A stretch of DNA of 64,000 bases from Eledone cirrhosa (lineage: Eukaryota). Both the position numbers and the translations under genes were made by a program. Below the pieces are notes generated by a model that was not told where the DNA came from, did not search any database, and saw only the letters and a program-made list of their open reading frames with translations. The stretch is from NCBI GenBank assembly GCA_964016885.1, contig OZ024761.1:13950001-14014000 (forward strand), read 5' to 3'. Below, in pieces: positions 40,104 through 53,482 of this stretch (position 1 is its first letter; the number at the start of each line of letters is the position of its first letter).

Positions 40104-40778
40104 TATATATTTATATTTATATATATATATTTATATATTTATATATATTTATATATTTATATATATATATATATTTATATATATTTATATATATTTATAT
40201 ATTTATATATATATATATATTTATATATATTTATATATATATATATATTTATATATATTTATATATTTATATATATATATATATATATATTTCGTTTCTG
40301 AATATGAGTGGAACAGCAACATCACAACTTACAATTAAGGACAAAATGAAAACACACACACACATAGAACAAACAACCAACCAACAATAAATAAATAAAC
40401 AAATAGAAAAATGAACACAAACACACACAGACACCCGGATGTGGCACATGTGCAAACTGAGCACACAACACACACACACAGAAACAAAATGGCGTAGGAT
40501 AGAAGAAAGAAAAGGCACAGAAACGAAGAAAGGAATCCCCAGTCACTGAAGAGGTCACAGAGTGTGTGACGAAAGGACTATGACTATATATATAAACAAC
40601 TATCTGGTTGTGGAACCAACCAACCAACCAGAAATTTATAAGTTTGTAGATTTGTAAATTTATAAATTTATAAATATATAATAAATTGAAGTGAAAGCAA
40701 CTGGTGCGTGTGTTTCTTATTGGCAACATGACCCTCCCAAAGTATAACAATATATATATATATATTTATATATATTTA

Positions 40779-40818
<40 letters not shown>

Positions 40819-40869
40819 GGAAAATTTGAACAGGAACAAAACAGAGAGGCAGTACAACGAATGTTTATT

Positions 40870-41476
40870 AATTTCACGCTCTGGAGAGTTGTTTCGACAT
40901 AGCCCCACAGATTGGCAATGCCCGAGCAGTGTACCAATGTGTATGCAACAGTTTCCTCGTCGCACACGCATCTGGGACAGATCTTTTTCGAGGGGTCCAT
41001 ACCCGGGCGCCCGTGTCGGTAGAGCCTTTCTCGAATGGGCAGAGCCCTTCTGTAACACTGCCAGGCCAGGGACCTCTGGAAGTTATCCATGGGTCCCGGG
41101 CTGAATGTCCTACCAAACAGGTTGGCCAGTTCGTCTTCCTCCATGCCTAGGGCTTCTCCGAGGGTGTCGTCGCACCTGCTAACCACCAGCCCTCTATAGA
41201 ACGACGAGGTGGATTCTCTACTAACAGCCGGGTCCGCCTGCCAGAGAGCCGTGAGCGCCTGGGCACACTCGGTGTGCGAGGCACCCAGTTTTCTCGGTCT
41301 TTGCTTGACTCAGGATTGCAGCTCGGTGAGTGAGATGAGTCTGGGAAAGGCTCGCCTCACAAACGGGGCCCACACCGGTTGACCGGTGGGGAATACCTGG
41401 AGGTGCCGTAGCCTTAATGCGTGTTTACGTATCATTAGCCACGGCATCCCCAGCCCTCCTTTCGAAGGGTGTTGAT
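40870..41476 (-). mobile_element. L1/Tx1-clade LINE ORF2 C-terminal fragment (zf-RVT)
   Basis: HPSKGGLGMP...; RSLAWQCYRRALPIRERL...CPRCVCDEETVAYTLVHC...LW. Confidence 0.8.
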
Positions 41477-41714
41477 ACATAGATAGATAGATGGATAGAT
41501 AGATACCACCACCACCACCACCACCACCACCGCCGCCACCACCACCGCCACCATCCACACCACCACCATCACCACCACCGCCACCACCACCAACACCACC
41601 ACCACCACCACCACCACAACCACCACCATCCACACCACCACCACCGTGTACTAACGTAGCTATATTGATTGTTATATAAAGTAACTTCTGTTGATTGACC
41701 TACTGTTGCTGTAT

Positions 41715-42775
41715 TTACACATACACACCTGTATACACACACATGTACACACACACACATGTACACACACACACACACACCTGTATACACACACATGTAC
41801 ACACACACACACCTGTATACACACGTGTGTACACACACACACGTATACACACTTGTGTACACACACACACCTGTATACACACACATGTACACACACACAC
41901 ACCTGTATACACACGTGTGTACACACACACACACATGTATACACACATGTGTACACACACACACCTGTATACACACACATGTACACACACACACACCTGT
42001 ATACACACAGATGTACACACACACACACACCTGTATACACACACATGAACACATACACACCTGTATACACACACATGTACACACACATACCTGTATACAC
42101 ACGTGTGTACACACACACACATGTATACACACATGTGTACACACACACACCTGTATACACACGTGTACACACACACACCTGTATACACACACATGTATAC
42201 ACACACATGTATACACACATGTACACACACATGCACATAGGCACATACATACACCTGTTTATATACATATATACACATACACATACATATATATATGCAC
42301 ATACATATACCTGTTTACATACACATACATACATATATACACATACATATACCTGTTTACATACACATACATACATATATACACATACATACACCTGTTT
42401 ACATACACATACATACATATATACACATACATATACCTTTTTACATACACATACATACATATATACACATACATATACTTGTTTACATACACATACATAC
42501 ATATATACACATACATATACCTGTTTACATACACATACATACATATATACACATACATATACCTGTTTACATACACATACATACATATATACACATACAT
42601 ATATACACATGTTTACATACACATACATATATATATATACACATACATATACCTATTTACATACACATACATATATATATATAGATACATACACCTATTT
42701 ACATACACATACATATATATATACACATACATATACCTGTTTACATACACATACATATATACACACATGTACATA
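41715..42775. repeat. (CA)/(TA)-derived compound minisatellites
   Basis: cctgtatacacac... and cctgtttacatacacatac... units. Confidence 0.85.
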
Positions 42776-42973
42776 GTGTGGATGGGTGTATATAGTACTT
42801 GTGCTTGTGTGTAGTATGTGTATATGTGTGTGTGTTTGTGTGTAATGTGCGTGTATGCTTATTTGTGTCTGTGCATATGTGTGTGTGAGTGCATGTAATA
42901 TATGCGTGTGTATGTATGGGTGTGTGTAGTATGTATATGTCTCTCTCTATATATATGTATGTGTGTGTGTATA

Positions 42974-43230
42974 TCATCATCATCATCATCAGCGTTTAAC
43001 GTCCATCTTCCACGCTTTCATGGGTTTGGACGGGAGTTTTCCCACGTGAGGCAAGATTGGTCGTCTTGCTCGTATAGGACTGTCTGGCGGGTTTTCTACG
43101 GCTGGATGCCCTTCCTAACACCAACCACGTTTACAGTGTGGACTGGGAGGTTTTTACCATGTTACCTCCGCGGCCACATTACAGCGTGGACTGTGTGTTT
43201 TTTTGTTGTGACACCTACACGACCTCATTT
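42974..43230 (-). mobile_element. RTE family C-type 3' UTR fragment
   Basis: Matches 46163-46420. Confidence 0.8.
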
Positions 43231-43489
43231 ATATATATATATATGCATTTATGCTTGTCTCTCTCTCTCTGTATGTATGTATGTGTGTGTGTTTGTGTGT
43301 GTGTTTGTCTGTGTGTGTGTGTTAGTCAAAGTGTGTTTGTGAATCAGAGAGAATCAACTGTATCAATCCATTTGATCTGATCTGTAATATATAACATTTT
43401 AACTGTTCTTTCACTAAATGAACAGACGTCAGCTGTATACTTGTAATATATATATAGGGGTACTTAGTACCTGTGGGCATATTAATCTC

Positions 43490-43530
<41 letters not shown>

Positions 43531-43804
43531 TCATCATCATCATCATTTTACGCTCTTCCCTGCTTGCAAGGGTGGGATGGGAACTGATTCTGGCTTGATT
43601 TCTACAGCTGGATGCCCTTCCTAACACCAACCTCATTTACAGTGAGTGCTGGGTGCTTTTTTGCCGTGGCACCTCCACGACCACTTTGCAGTGGAATGAT
43701 AGGGACCCCAGTCCCTATCATCTCATTTCTACAGCTGAGTAAACTGGAGCAATGTGAAATAAAGTGTCTTGCACGGACGTTAAACGTTGATGATGATGAT
43801 GATG

Positions 43805-43887
<83 letters not shown>

Positions 43888-44370
43888 CTTTCAGACGTTC
43901 AATCATCTGGCAGGAAGGCATACGAAGCTGACGATAGCTAATAAACTTGAAACTAGTACATCATTCCTGTGACAGTGTTGAACAAAAAGGCAACGATGGT
44001 TGCCTGAACACTGTACGGCTTAATTCGAGCTGTTTGTTTGTTTACAAACAAACAAACCGAGCATTATAATAAATATTTGGTAAACCCAACGTACATATAT
44101 ATATGTGTGCATGTATGTATATATATATACATACTACTGTACGTCTGTATACATATGTGTATGTACGTATACATACTACATTTAAGTAACTGCCGTACTA
44201 AGAGTGAGAAATAAAATTTCGTTTCATTTTTTTTCATTTATCGTTTTCGGTGTGCCCAGCCGACTAACTCACTCGATATTCAAATTAGGCTGCATAGCCG
44301 TTAATATGTATAAGGAAAGTATATACTTTCAGACGTTCTTATTTATATTAAACGATAATGATGATGATGA

Positions 44371-44428
<58 letters not shown>

Positions 44429-44431
<3 letters not shown>

Positions 44432-45513
44432 TGTAGGTAGGAACTCCATTCTCTGCCCCAAATGCAAACAATGGGTACACAAGAGATGTAGCGGGATCTC
44501 AGGAAGCTTAATTAAGAATGTAGGATTCACATGCAGCAGCTGTGCTGAAACAGCAAGCAAACAGCCACAGGAAACAAGTACCACCAATCTCTGGGAGGGC
44601 CCTGTAGAAACAGTAGACAGCTTCTGCTACCTAGGTGACCGAATTAGCAACGGAGGTGGGTGCTCAGAAAGTACAATAACTAGGGTAAGAACGGGATGGA
44701 AGAAGTTTAGGGAACTACTACCACTGCTAGCTGCAAAAGGCTTCTCCCTCAGAATGAAAGGCAGACTGTATGATGCGTGTATCCGAACAGCGATGTTGCA
44801 TGGTAGTGAGACCTGGGCGCTGAAGGTGGAAGACTTACGTAGATTAGAGAGAAACGAAGCCTGCATGCTCCGATGGATGTGTAACAGTAATATACGTGAA
44901 CGACAAAGCATAAAGGAATTGAGAGAGAGACTGAGCATAAGAGGAATCAAATGCTGCGTGCAGGAGAGGCGGTTACGCTGGTATGGACATGTGATGCGTA
45001 TGAAGGATGACAGCTGCATAAAAAGGTGCAGAGCACTAGAAGTTGATGGAAACCGCGGAGTGGGGAGACCCAAGATGACTTGGGATGAGGTGATAAAAGC
45101 CGACCTTACCCAACTACACCTCTCAAAGTCAATGACACACGACCGTGACTTCTGGCGTCACGCAGTAATACAGGGTACCCGACCTCCCATGGGTACATGC
45201 TGAAGCATATAAACAATATGCCCCCCCCCCCCACCGCAAGGTGGTCGTGGAGGTGCCACGGCAAAAAAAGCACCCAGCCCACACTGTAAAGTGGACGTGT
45301 AGGCGCCACGAAAAAGCACCCAGCACTCACTGTAAATGAGGTTGGTGTTAGGAAGGGCATCCAGCTGTAGAAATCAAGCCAGATCAGTTCCTGTATGAGC
45401 AAGGCATGGTCAGCCGACCAGACACTGCCCACAACAGGACAACCCGTCTAACCCATGCTAGCGTGGAAGAACGGACGTAAAACGGTGATGATGATGATGA
45501 TGATGATGATGAT
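44429..45513 (+). mobile_element. 5'-truncated RTE family B copy (ORF C-terminus + 3' UTR + (GAT)n tail)
   Basis: NSILCPKCKQWVHKRC...RRLRWYGHVMRM...GVGRPKMTW. Starts directly after (TA)n. Confidence 0.93.
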
Positions 45514-45608
<95 letters not shown>

Positions 45609-45668
45609 TGTATATATATATATATATATATATAAATATGTATATATATATATATATATATAAATATG

Positions 45669-45700
<32 letters not shown>

Positions 45701-45727
45701 AATATGTATATATATATATATATATAA

Positions 45728-45758
<31 letters not shown>

Positions 45759-45811
45759 AATATGTATATATATATATATATATAAATATGTATATATATA
45801 TATATATATAA

Positions 45812-45850
<39 letters not shown>

Positions 45851-45913
45851 TGTATATATATATATATAAATATGTATATATATATATATAAATATGTATA
45901 TATATATATATAA

Positions 45914-45954
<41 letters not shown>

Positions 45955-45973
45955 TGTATATATATATATATAA

Positions 45974-46014
<41 letters not shown>

Positions 46015-46033
46015 TGTATATATATATATATAA

Positions 46034-46160
<127 letters not shown>

Positions 46161-46162
46161 AA

Positions 46163-48147
46163 TCATCATCATCATCATCAACGTTTAACGTCCGTGTTCC
46201 ACGCTTGCATGGGTTTGGACGGGGGTAGTCCCACTTGAGGCAAGAGTGATTGTCTTGCTCGCATAGGACTGTCTGGCAGGTTTTCTACAGTTGGATGCCC
46301 TTCCTAACACCAACCACATTTACAGTGTGGGTCTGGGAGGTTTTTACCGTGTTGCCTACACGGCCACATTACAGCGTGGACTGTGTTTTTTTTTTGTCGT
46401 GACACCTACACGATCTCATTTGTTTCGGCCTGGATGGCGCGGCACCAACATAACTTTACATAGAACGGGGTGGTGTGGATGGGGTGGGGGTGGTGGCGGG
46501 ACGGGGTGTATTTTGTTAGAGATGCCTACTGGCAAGGCGGGTCTTCTCTGTTACTGAGTACCGCCAAAGGTCTCGGTCCAGTGACATTGTCTTGGAGAGG
46601 TGTAAGTGTGTGAGGTCGGAGTTTATCAGCTCGTCCCAGGTTTTTCTAGGTCTGCCTATTCCGTGGCTACCGTCTATCTTTATTGCCCTGCACTTTGTTA
46701 TACAGCTATCGACTTTCATGCGCATCACGTGTCCATACAAACGTAGCCTTCTCTCGAGTAAACAACATCTGATCCCTCTTATCTCTAATTTTTTCCTTAG
46801 TTCGTTTATGCTTTGCCGTTCACGTATATTACTGTTACACATCCAGCGGAGCATGCAAGCTTCGTTCCTCTCTAGTCTGCGTATATCCTCTGCACACAAT
46901 GCCCAGGTCTCACTGCCATGCAACATTGCTGTTCGTATGCAGGCATCGTACAACCTGCCTTTCATTTTTAGGGAGAACCCTTTAGCAGCTAATAGTGGTA
47001 TAAGCTCTCTGAACTTTTTCCAACCAGTTCTGACTCTAGCTACTGTACTTTCAGAGCACCCTCCCCCACTGCTGATTTTATCGCCCAGGTAACGGAAGCT
47101 GTCCACTATTTCTATAGAACCCTCTGCGCAATTGAAAGAGATAGTATTTTGTGGGCACTTGCTGCTACTTATTACACCAGAACACCGGCCACATGTAAAA
47201 TCTATGTTCTTAGTTAGCTTACCTGTGATCCCACTACATCTTTTATGCACCCATACTTTGCATTTAGGACATAAAATGGAGTTTCTACCTACGCCTTTCC
47301 TACACACCGAGCACGACCATTTCCCAGAAGGGACCGCCGCCTTGTTTTCTTTCCTACAAACTAGAACTTTAGTCTTAGCCAGGTTAATTTTAAGTCCTTT
47401 TGACTCTAGGCCGTGCTTCCATGTTTGGAATTTCTTCTCTAGCTCGGCCATTGATTCCGCTATGAGTGTCAGGTCGTCTGCGTATAGGAGTTCCCATGGG
47501 CAGCCGGTCTTGAACTCCTCTGTTATAGCCTGAAGGGCAATAATAAATAGTAGGGGGCTGAGAACAGAGCCCTGATGGACGCCAACTTTTACGCTAAACT
47601 CTTCACTATATTCGTTGTTAATTCTAACCTTGCTGACTGTTTCTTTATACATGGCTTGTATAGCCCTCACAAGCCATTCGTCAACGCCTAGTTTTCTAAG
47701 AGCCCACCAGATAATGGAGCGGGGGACTCTGTCGAAGGCTTTCTCCAAGTCGACAAAAGCTAAGTAGAGGGGTTTACCTTTAGCTAGGTACTTCTCCTGT
47801 AGTTGTCGTACTATGAAAAGAGCGTCTGTGGTACTTTTGCCTGACACAAACCCGAACTGCATTTCATCTAGGTCAATTCTCTCTCTGATTAGTTGCGCTA
47901 TTACTTTTTCCGTGACCTTCATGACCTGGTCGATTAATTTAATGCCTCTATAGTTACTCCTATCTAGGGCGTCTCCTTTACCTTTATAACAGTTAACGAT
48001 GATGCTGCTATGCCAGTCCTTCGGAACAACCCCATTCTGTACGACTTGGTTAACTATGCGGGTGACCATGGTGTGTCCCACCGTGCCAGATGCCTTCAGC
48101 ATCTCAGCAACTATTTCCGAAGGCCCAGCCACCTTACCCGTCTTCAT
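46163..48147 (-). mobile_element. 5'-truncated RTE family C copy (RT + PHD-like finger + 3' UTR + (GAT)n tail)
   Basis: 543-aa ORF with the same RT and finger motifs but diverged from family A. About 350-nt 3' UTR. Confidence 0.95.
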
Positions 48148-48234
48148 ATCAAATATGTATATATATATCCAGGTAAAACTTGAACCGTTAAGGTCTCGTT
48201 CCTGGATATGTCAATATTTATAAAACAAACTTTG

Positions 48235-48295
48235 TATTTTATCTGATGAGAGCGTACCAAAGTTTTTGTACCCTTGAAATATATATAATAGAATA
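48235..48295 (+). ncRNA. Type I hammerhead ribozyme in a pLTR-like unit (48165-48430)
   Basis: tattttat CUGAUGA gagcgtac...gtaccctt GAA atatatat a atagaata, with AATAAA overlapping the end. Confidence 0.75.
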
Positions 48296-48581
48296 AATAT
48301 GGTTTTATAAATATAGTTTCCATTTATTAATATCATTGATAATATACTCCAGAAAACTTGTGGAGTGCTTCAAATCTGTTATAAATATATATATTTGTTG
48401 AATTACCACCAAAATAAATATCCCTTTGCTTATATATGAATATATATATATATATATGTAGGAAGTGAGTTTTATTGTAGTACAATAAAGCGATGCAAAT
48501 ATCGGATAAGTAGCACTCTACAGATTGTAGGACTGGAGTATAAATAATATAAGATCAAAAGATGGTTAAAAGAGTTCCAAG

Positions 48582-48652
48582 TATTTTATTATGCGCATTT
48601 CAAAAACAAATATCATCATGAGATGATATCTGCGTTTTCATCAGATAAAATA
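48582..48652 (-). ncRNA. Type I hammerhead ribozyme (left arm of palindrome)
   Basis: Minus strand: tattttat CUGAUGA ... GAA atgcgcat a ataaaata, with a perfect 8-bp stem I. Confidence 0.8.
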
Positions 48653-48770
48653 GGAAGACATGATATGAAGGTTAAAAAACACTTGTGAATAGTGCAGTTT
48701 TAAATCAACATATGTTGATTTAAAACTGCACTATTCACAAGTGTTTTTTAACCTTCATATCCTGTCTCCC

Positions 48771-48841
48771 TATTTTATCTGATGAGAACACAGATATCAT
48801 CCCATGATGATATTTGTTTTTGAAATGCGCATAATGAAATA
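48771..48841 (+). ncRNA. Type I hammerhead ribozyme (right arm of palindrome)
   Basis: tattttat CUGAUGA [about 15-bp stem II] GAA atgcgcat a atgaaata. Confidence 0.8.
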
Positions 48842-48869
48842 CTTGGAACTCTTTTAACCATCTTTTGAT

Positions 48870-48906
<37 letters not shown>

Positions 48907-48940
48907 ATATATATATATATATATACACACACACGCGCAC

Positions 48941-48973
<33 letters not shown>

Positions 48974-49139
48974 ATATATACACACACCCTTCTCATCATC
49001 ACTCTGTCTTCCTCTCCTCCACCCTGCCACTGCTATTCCCCCACCTGACACAACCCCTTCCCTGACCCCTTCCCCTAGTTTCTGATGCCTTTTTTTTTCT
49101 TTATTGATTTACCTTAACTGGGACAGACCCTCTGTTGCT

Positions 49140-49880
49140 TGTGGTGGTGGTGGTGGGGATATGGTAGTGGTGTTAAAATTGGTGGGGAAAGTGGTGGAGG
49201 TAGTGGTATGGTTAAGGTGGTGGTGGTGGTAGTGGTAAGGATGTGGTAGTGGTGTTAAAATTGGTGGGGAGAGTGGTGGAGGTAGTGGTATGGTTAAGGT
49301 GCTGGTGGTGGTAGTGGTAAGGATGTGGTGGTGGTGTTAAAATTGGTGGGGAGAGTGGTGGAGGTAGTGGTATGGTTAAGGTGCTGGTGGTGGTAGTGGT
49401 AAGGATGTGGTGGTGGTGTTAAAATTGGTGGGGAGAGTGGTGGAGGTAGTGGTATGGTTAAGGTGCTGGTGGTGGTAGTGGTAAGGATGTGGTGGTGGTG
49501 TTAAAATTGGTGGGGAGAGTGGTGGAGGTAGTGGTATGGTTAAGGTGCTGGTGGTGGTAGTGGTAAGGATGTGGTGGTGGTGTTAAAATTGGTGGGGAGA
49601 GTGGTGGAGGTAGTGGTATGGTTAAGGTGCTGGTGGTGGTAGTGGTAAGGATGTGGTGGTGGTGTTAAAATTGGTGGGGAGAGTGGTGGAGGTAGTGGTA
49701 TGGTTAAGGTGCTGGTGGTGGTAGTGGTAAGGATGTGGTGGTGGTGTTAAAATTGGTGGGGAAAGTGGTGGAGGTAGGGGTGTGGTTATGGTGGTGGTGG
49801 TGGTAGTGGTAAGGATGTGGTGGTGGTGTTAAAATTGGTGGGGAAAGTGGTGGAGGTAGGGGTGTGGTTATGGTGGTGGT
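49140..49880. repeat. 82-bp G-rich minisatellite, about 9 copies, followed by a (GGT)n tract to about 50500
   Basis: Period measured between ttaaaatt motifs (49255, 49337). Confidence 0.92.
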
Positions 49881-50780
49881 GTGGTGGTGGTATGGTGGTG
49901 GAGGTAGTGGTGGTGAGAGTGGTGGTGTGAGTGGAGGTAGTGGTGTTAAAATTGGTGCAGGTGGTGATGCGGGGTTGGTGGTTGTTGGTGGTGGCAGAGG
50001 TGATGGTGGGGTTGGTGGTGGTGTTGGTGGTGGGGATGGTGGTTGTTGGTGGTGGCAGAGGTGATGGTGGGGTTGGTGGTTGTGTTTGTGGTGGGGATGG
50101 TGGTTGTTGGTGGTGGCAGAGGTGATGGTGGGGTTGGTGGTGGTGTTGGTGGTGGGGATGGTGGTTGTTGTTGGTGGTGGTGGAGTTGGTGGTGGTGGTT
50201 GTTGGTGGTGTTGGTGGTGGGGATGGTGGTTGTTGTTGGTGGTGGTGGAGTTGGTGGTGGTGGTTGTTGGTGGGGATGGTGGTTGTTGGTGGTGGTGGGG
50301 ATGGTGGTTGTTGTTGGTGGTGGTGGAGTTGGTGGTGGTGGTTGTTGGTGGGGATGGTGGTTGTTGGTGGTGGTGGAGTTTGTGGTTGTTGATTGATGGT
50401 GGTAGGGGTGGTGGTGGAGTTTGTGGTTGTTGGTTGGTGGTGGTAGTGGTGCAGTTGGTGGTGGTGGTGTTCTTGGTGGTTGGTGGAGGGGGTCGGTGGG
50501 GCTGATTAATATCTAAGGAAACTGAAAAATATTTTTTTAATTGTAAGACTGCCTCATCACACCCCAGATTCTATCTTCCCCTCCTACTCTTCCTCCTCCT
50601 ACTCTTCTCTCCCTTCTCCATGCAATCCAACCTCCATCCCCACCCCGCCATACCCCCCACCAGTCTTACCTGCTCCACCCCCTACGTGCCCTCATCATCC
50701 ACTATCTTTCCTCTCTAATCTTCGAATAATTTTGATTTAAAAAAAAATAAACAACAACAACAATAATAATGATAATAATA

Positions 50781-50816
<36 letters not shown>

Positions 50817-50907
50817 CTTGAATTGTTTTTTGTTTTTTTTTACTGGAAACTTTTCTGTGTTAATGGATTTAGAAATCTGTTCAGCTTGTTGATGTTGTTG
50901 CTGTTGT

Positions 50908-50960
<53 letters not shown>

Positions 50961-51061
50961 TTGTTGTTGCTGCTGCTGCTCTGCTGCTGCTGCTGTTGTT
51001 GTTGTTGTTGTTAAACTAACATTCAAGTGGCAAATAAACAAATGCTTGTGAGACAAGATTC

Positions 51062-51612
51062 CTGTCCCATTTTAGGGGACATTAGCCCCAGTAAAGTGCT
51101 GATTGTCTGTATTGTCCCATTTTAGGGGACATTAGCCCCAGTAAAGTGCTGACTGTCTGTATTGTCTCATTTTTAGGGGACATTAGCCCCAGCAAAGTGC
51201 TGACTGTCTGTATTGTCTCATTTTTAGGGGACATTAGCCCCAGCAAAGTGCTGACTGTCTGTATTGTCTCATTTTTAGGGGACATTAGCCCCAGTAAAGT
51301 GCTGACTGTCTGTATTGTCCCATTTTTAGGGGACATTAGCCCCAGCAAAGTGCTGACTGTCTGTATTGTCTCATTTTTAGGGGACATTAGCCCAGTAAAG
51401 TGCTGACTGTCTGTATTGTCTCATTTTTAGGGGACATTAGCCCCAACAAAGTGCTGACTGTCTGTATTGTCCCATTTTTAGGGGACATTAGCCCCAGTAA
51501 AGTGCTGACTGTCTGTATTGTCCCATTTTTAGGGGACATTAGCCCCAGCAAAGTGCTGACTGTCTGTATTGTCTCATTTTTAGGGGACATTAGCCCAGTA
51601 AAGTGCTGACTT
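51062..51612. repeat. 51-bp minisatellite, about 11 copies
   Basis: Unit ttttaggggacattagccccagtaaagtgctgactgtctgtattgtctcat. Confidence 0.95.
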
Positions 51613-51671
51613 TGTACTGTAACAATCCAGCCACACTGTGCTAATGTGGAAATTGTGCAATTGCAAAAAAT

Positions 51672-51852
51672 CGGTGGATTGGTAGAATTGGTAGAGCATT
51701 TAACACCATGCTTACCAGCATAGAGTTATGGCCCTTTATGATCTGAGTTCAAATCCTGCCGAGGGTAGCTTTGCTTTCATCCTTGCAGGGTCAATAAAAT
51801 AAAGTAGCAGTAATGCACTGGGGTTGATTTAATCGACTTTTCCCTCCCCACA
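51672..51852 (+). mobile_element. tRNA-derived SINE, older variant
   Basis: Same head and core, alternative 3' end ggggttgatttaatcgac. Confidence 0.8.
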
Positions 51853-51854
51853 AA

Positions 51855-52120
51855 ACCCTCAGGTAATGACCCTACCCTCAGGTAATGACCCTGCTCTCAT
51901 GTAATGACCCAACCCTCATGTAATGACCCAACCCTCATGTAATGAGCCGACCCTCATGTAATGACCCAGCCCTCATGTCATGACCCAGCTCTCATGTCAT
52001 GACCCAACCCTCATATAATGACCCAACCCTCATGTAATGACCCTACCCACATGTAATGACCCTGCCCCCATGTAATGACCCAGCCCTCATAATGACCCAA
52101 CCTTCATGTAATGACCCAAC
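51855..52120. repeat. 19-bp minisatellite (gtaatgacccaaccctcat), about 14 copies
   Basis: Direct reading. Confidence 0.9.
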
Positions 52121-52343
52121 CCTTTAGCATTTAAACCAGCCATATTTGGCCAGTATTATCTCACCTCTTTCTGTTCAAACCAGCTATAACTGGTCGCTCA
52201 TACTGATGTTAAGCTATTGTTCTCAAAATAAATAATATCAAAATCTCATAGATTCGATATTATGTGAGATAATTATGTGAGATAATAAAGCCTTTACCAT
52301 GAAAATACAATAGTAAATATAGAGTAATGGAAATGCTAAAGGG
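52120..52343. mobile_element. piggyBac-like MITE
   Basis: 13-bp TIR ccctttagcattt / aaatgctaaaggg with a right-hand TTAA. The left TTAA is not intact. Confidence 0.7.
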
Positions 52344-52423
52344 TTAAACTTTATTTCTTCAAAAATTGTTTATCATCATTTCCATTTGTTGATGTTTGAC
52401 TTTCATTTCATTTGTGATTCCAG

Positions 52424-52523
52424 GTTGAAGAGATTCGTCGAATGATCGACAAGATATCTGATAATGTGGAGGCAGTCAAGAAAAAACACAGTGATATATT
52501 ATCAGCCCCACAGACTGATGACC
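52424..52523 (+). CDS. STX1: Syntaxin-1 internal coding exon (Habc domain, helix Ha): [33 protein letters not shown]
   Basis: Pyrimidine-rich acceptor (ttcatttgtgattccag|), 100-nt open frame, donor |gtaagt. The peptide matches the syntaxin-1 Ha helix as I recall it (squid [33 protein letters not shown]; vertebrate [33 protein letters not shown]). Phase 0/1 and 100-nt length match the equivalent vertebrate STX1A exon as recalled. Confidence 0.95.
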
Positions 52524-52739
52524 GTAAGTCTCATTTCAACTCATTATATTATATTTTATATATTCGATAAAATAAAGTACCAATAATGCACTGGGTAATT
52601 GCTGACCTTGTGCCAAAAGTAGAAATAATTATATTATATTTTATTATATTGTATTGGATTTAATCAAATACACTCTTGCTTCATCTCGATCACAGACAAT
52701 ATTGTTTTATATTTTATTATATTGTATTGTATGATGTAT

Positions 52740-52932
52740 GGCGGTGGATTGGCAGTATCGGTAGAGGGTCGGACACCATGCTTTGATGCATAGAGTTACG
52801 GCCCTTGCCATTCTGAGTTCAAATCCCCGCCGAGGTTAACTTTGCCTTTCATCCTTACGGGGTTGATAAAATAAAGTACCAGTAATGTACTGGGTAATTG
52901 CAGGCCTTGTGCCAAAAGTAGAAACAATTATA
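52740..52932 (+). mobile_element. tRNA-derived SINE, same family (plus a 3' fragment at 52565-52632)
   Basis: Same A/B boxes and core. Confidence 0.85.
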
Positions 52933-52944
52933 TTGTAGTGTACT

Positions 52945-53475
52945 ATGGGTATGTGGTTTGACTGTCTCAGGGAAGAATCGCTGGACGGATTTTACGGGCA
53001 AAACTAACCGGTAAGAGACCCTAGAGTAGACCCACCCCGAGCAAGATGGTTGGATAACATCCATGAGTTTCGCTGGTCACATTTGGCGATCGAACCAGAT
53101 CAGTTGGAGAGAGTTACTTCTAATAGGACCTGTTGGAGGGAGTGTTTGAAGACTCTGCCCCTGTGAGTGAAGAAAAAGGAGGAGGAGGCGGATCACGATA
53201 ACAACAACAACAACAACAATGGGCAACTACTTCTGACTCATTGTGAGGAGGAAAGAATCGCTGGTCAGATTTTATGGACAAAACTAACTGACAGGAGACC
53301 CAGGGGTTGACCCCGAGCAAGAAAGTTAGATAATATCAATGAGCTTGGCTGGTCAAGCTTGGGGATCCAGCTGGATTGGTTGGAGATGGTTACTTCTGAC
53401 AGGACCTGTTGGAGGGAGTGTTTGAAGACTCTTCCCCCAAACGACCCTTTAAGGAATAAGTGTAGAATAAGAAGT
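52945..53475 (+). mobile_element. Two tandem decayed 3' ends of a Rex3/Expander-like RTE LINE
   Basis: Two diverged copies of about 230 bp encoding RILRAKLTGKRP...RWLDNIHE..W..L.I.PDQLERVTSNRTCWRECLKTLP. Confidence 0.7.
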
Positions 53476-53482
53476 AGTATTG

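Noticed and set aside
48203-48285. Type III hammerhead reading using the upstream tatgtc as cleavage site
   Set aside because: The type I fold gives an 8-bp stem I with compensatory changes across copies. The type III stem I pairs poorly.
50890-51012. Poly-Q ORF on the minus strand
   Set aside because: Simple (CTG/TTG)n tract with no exon context.
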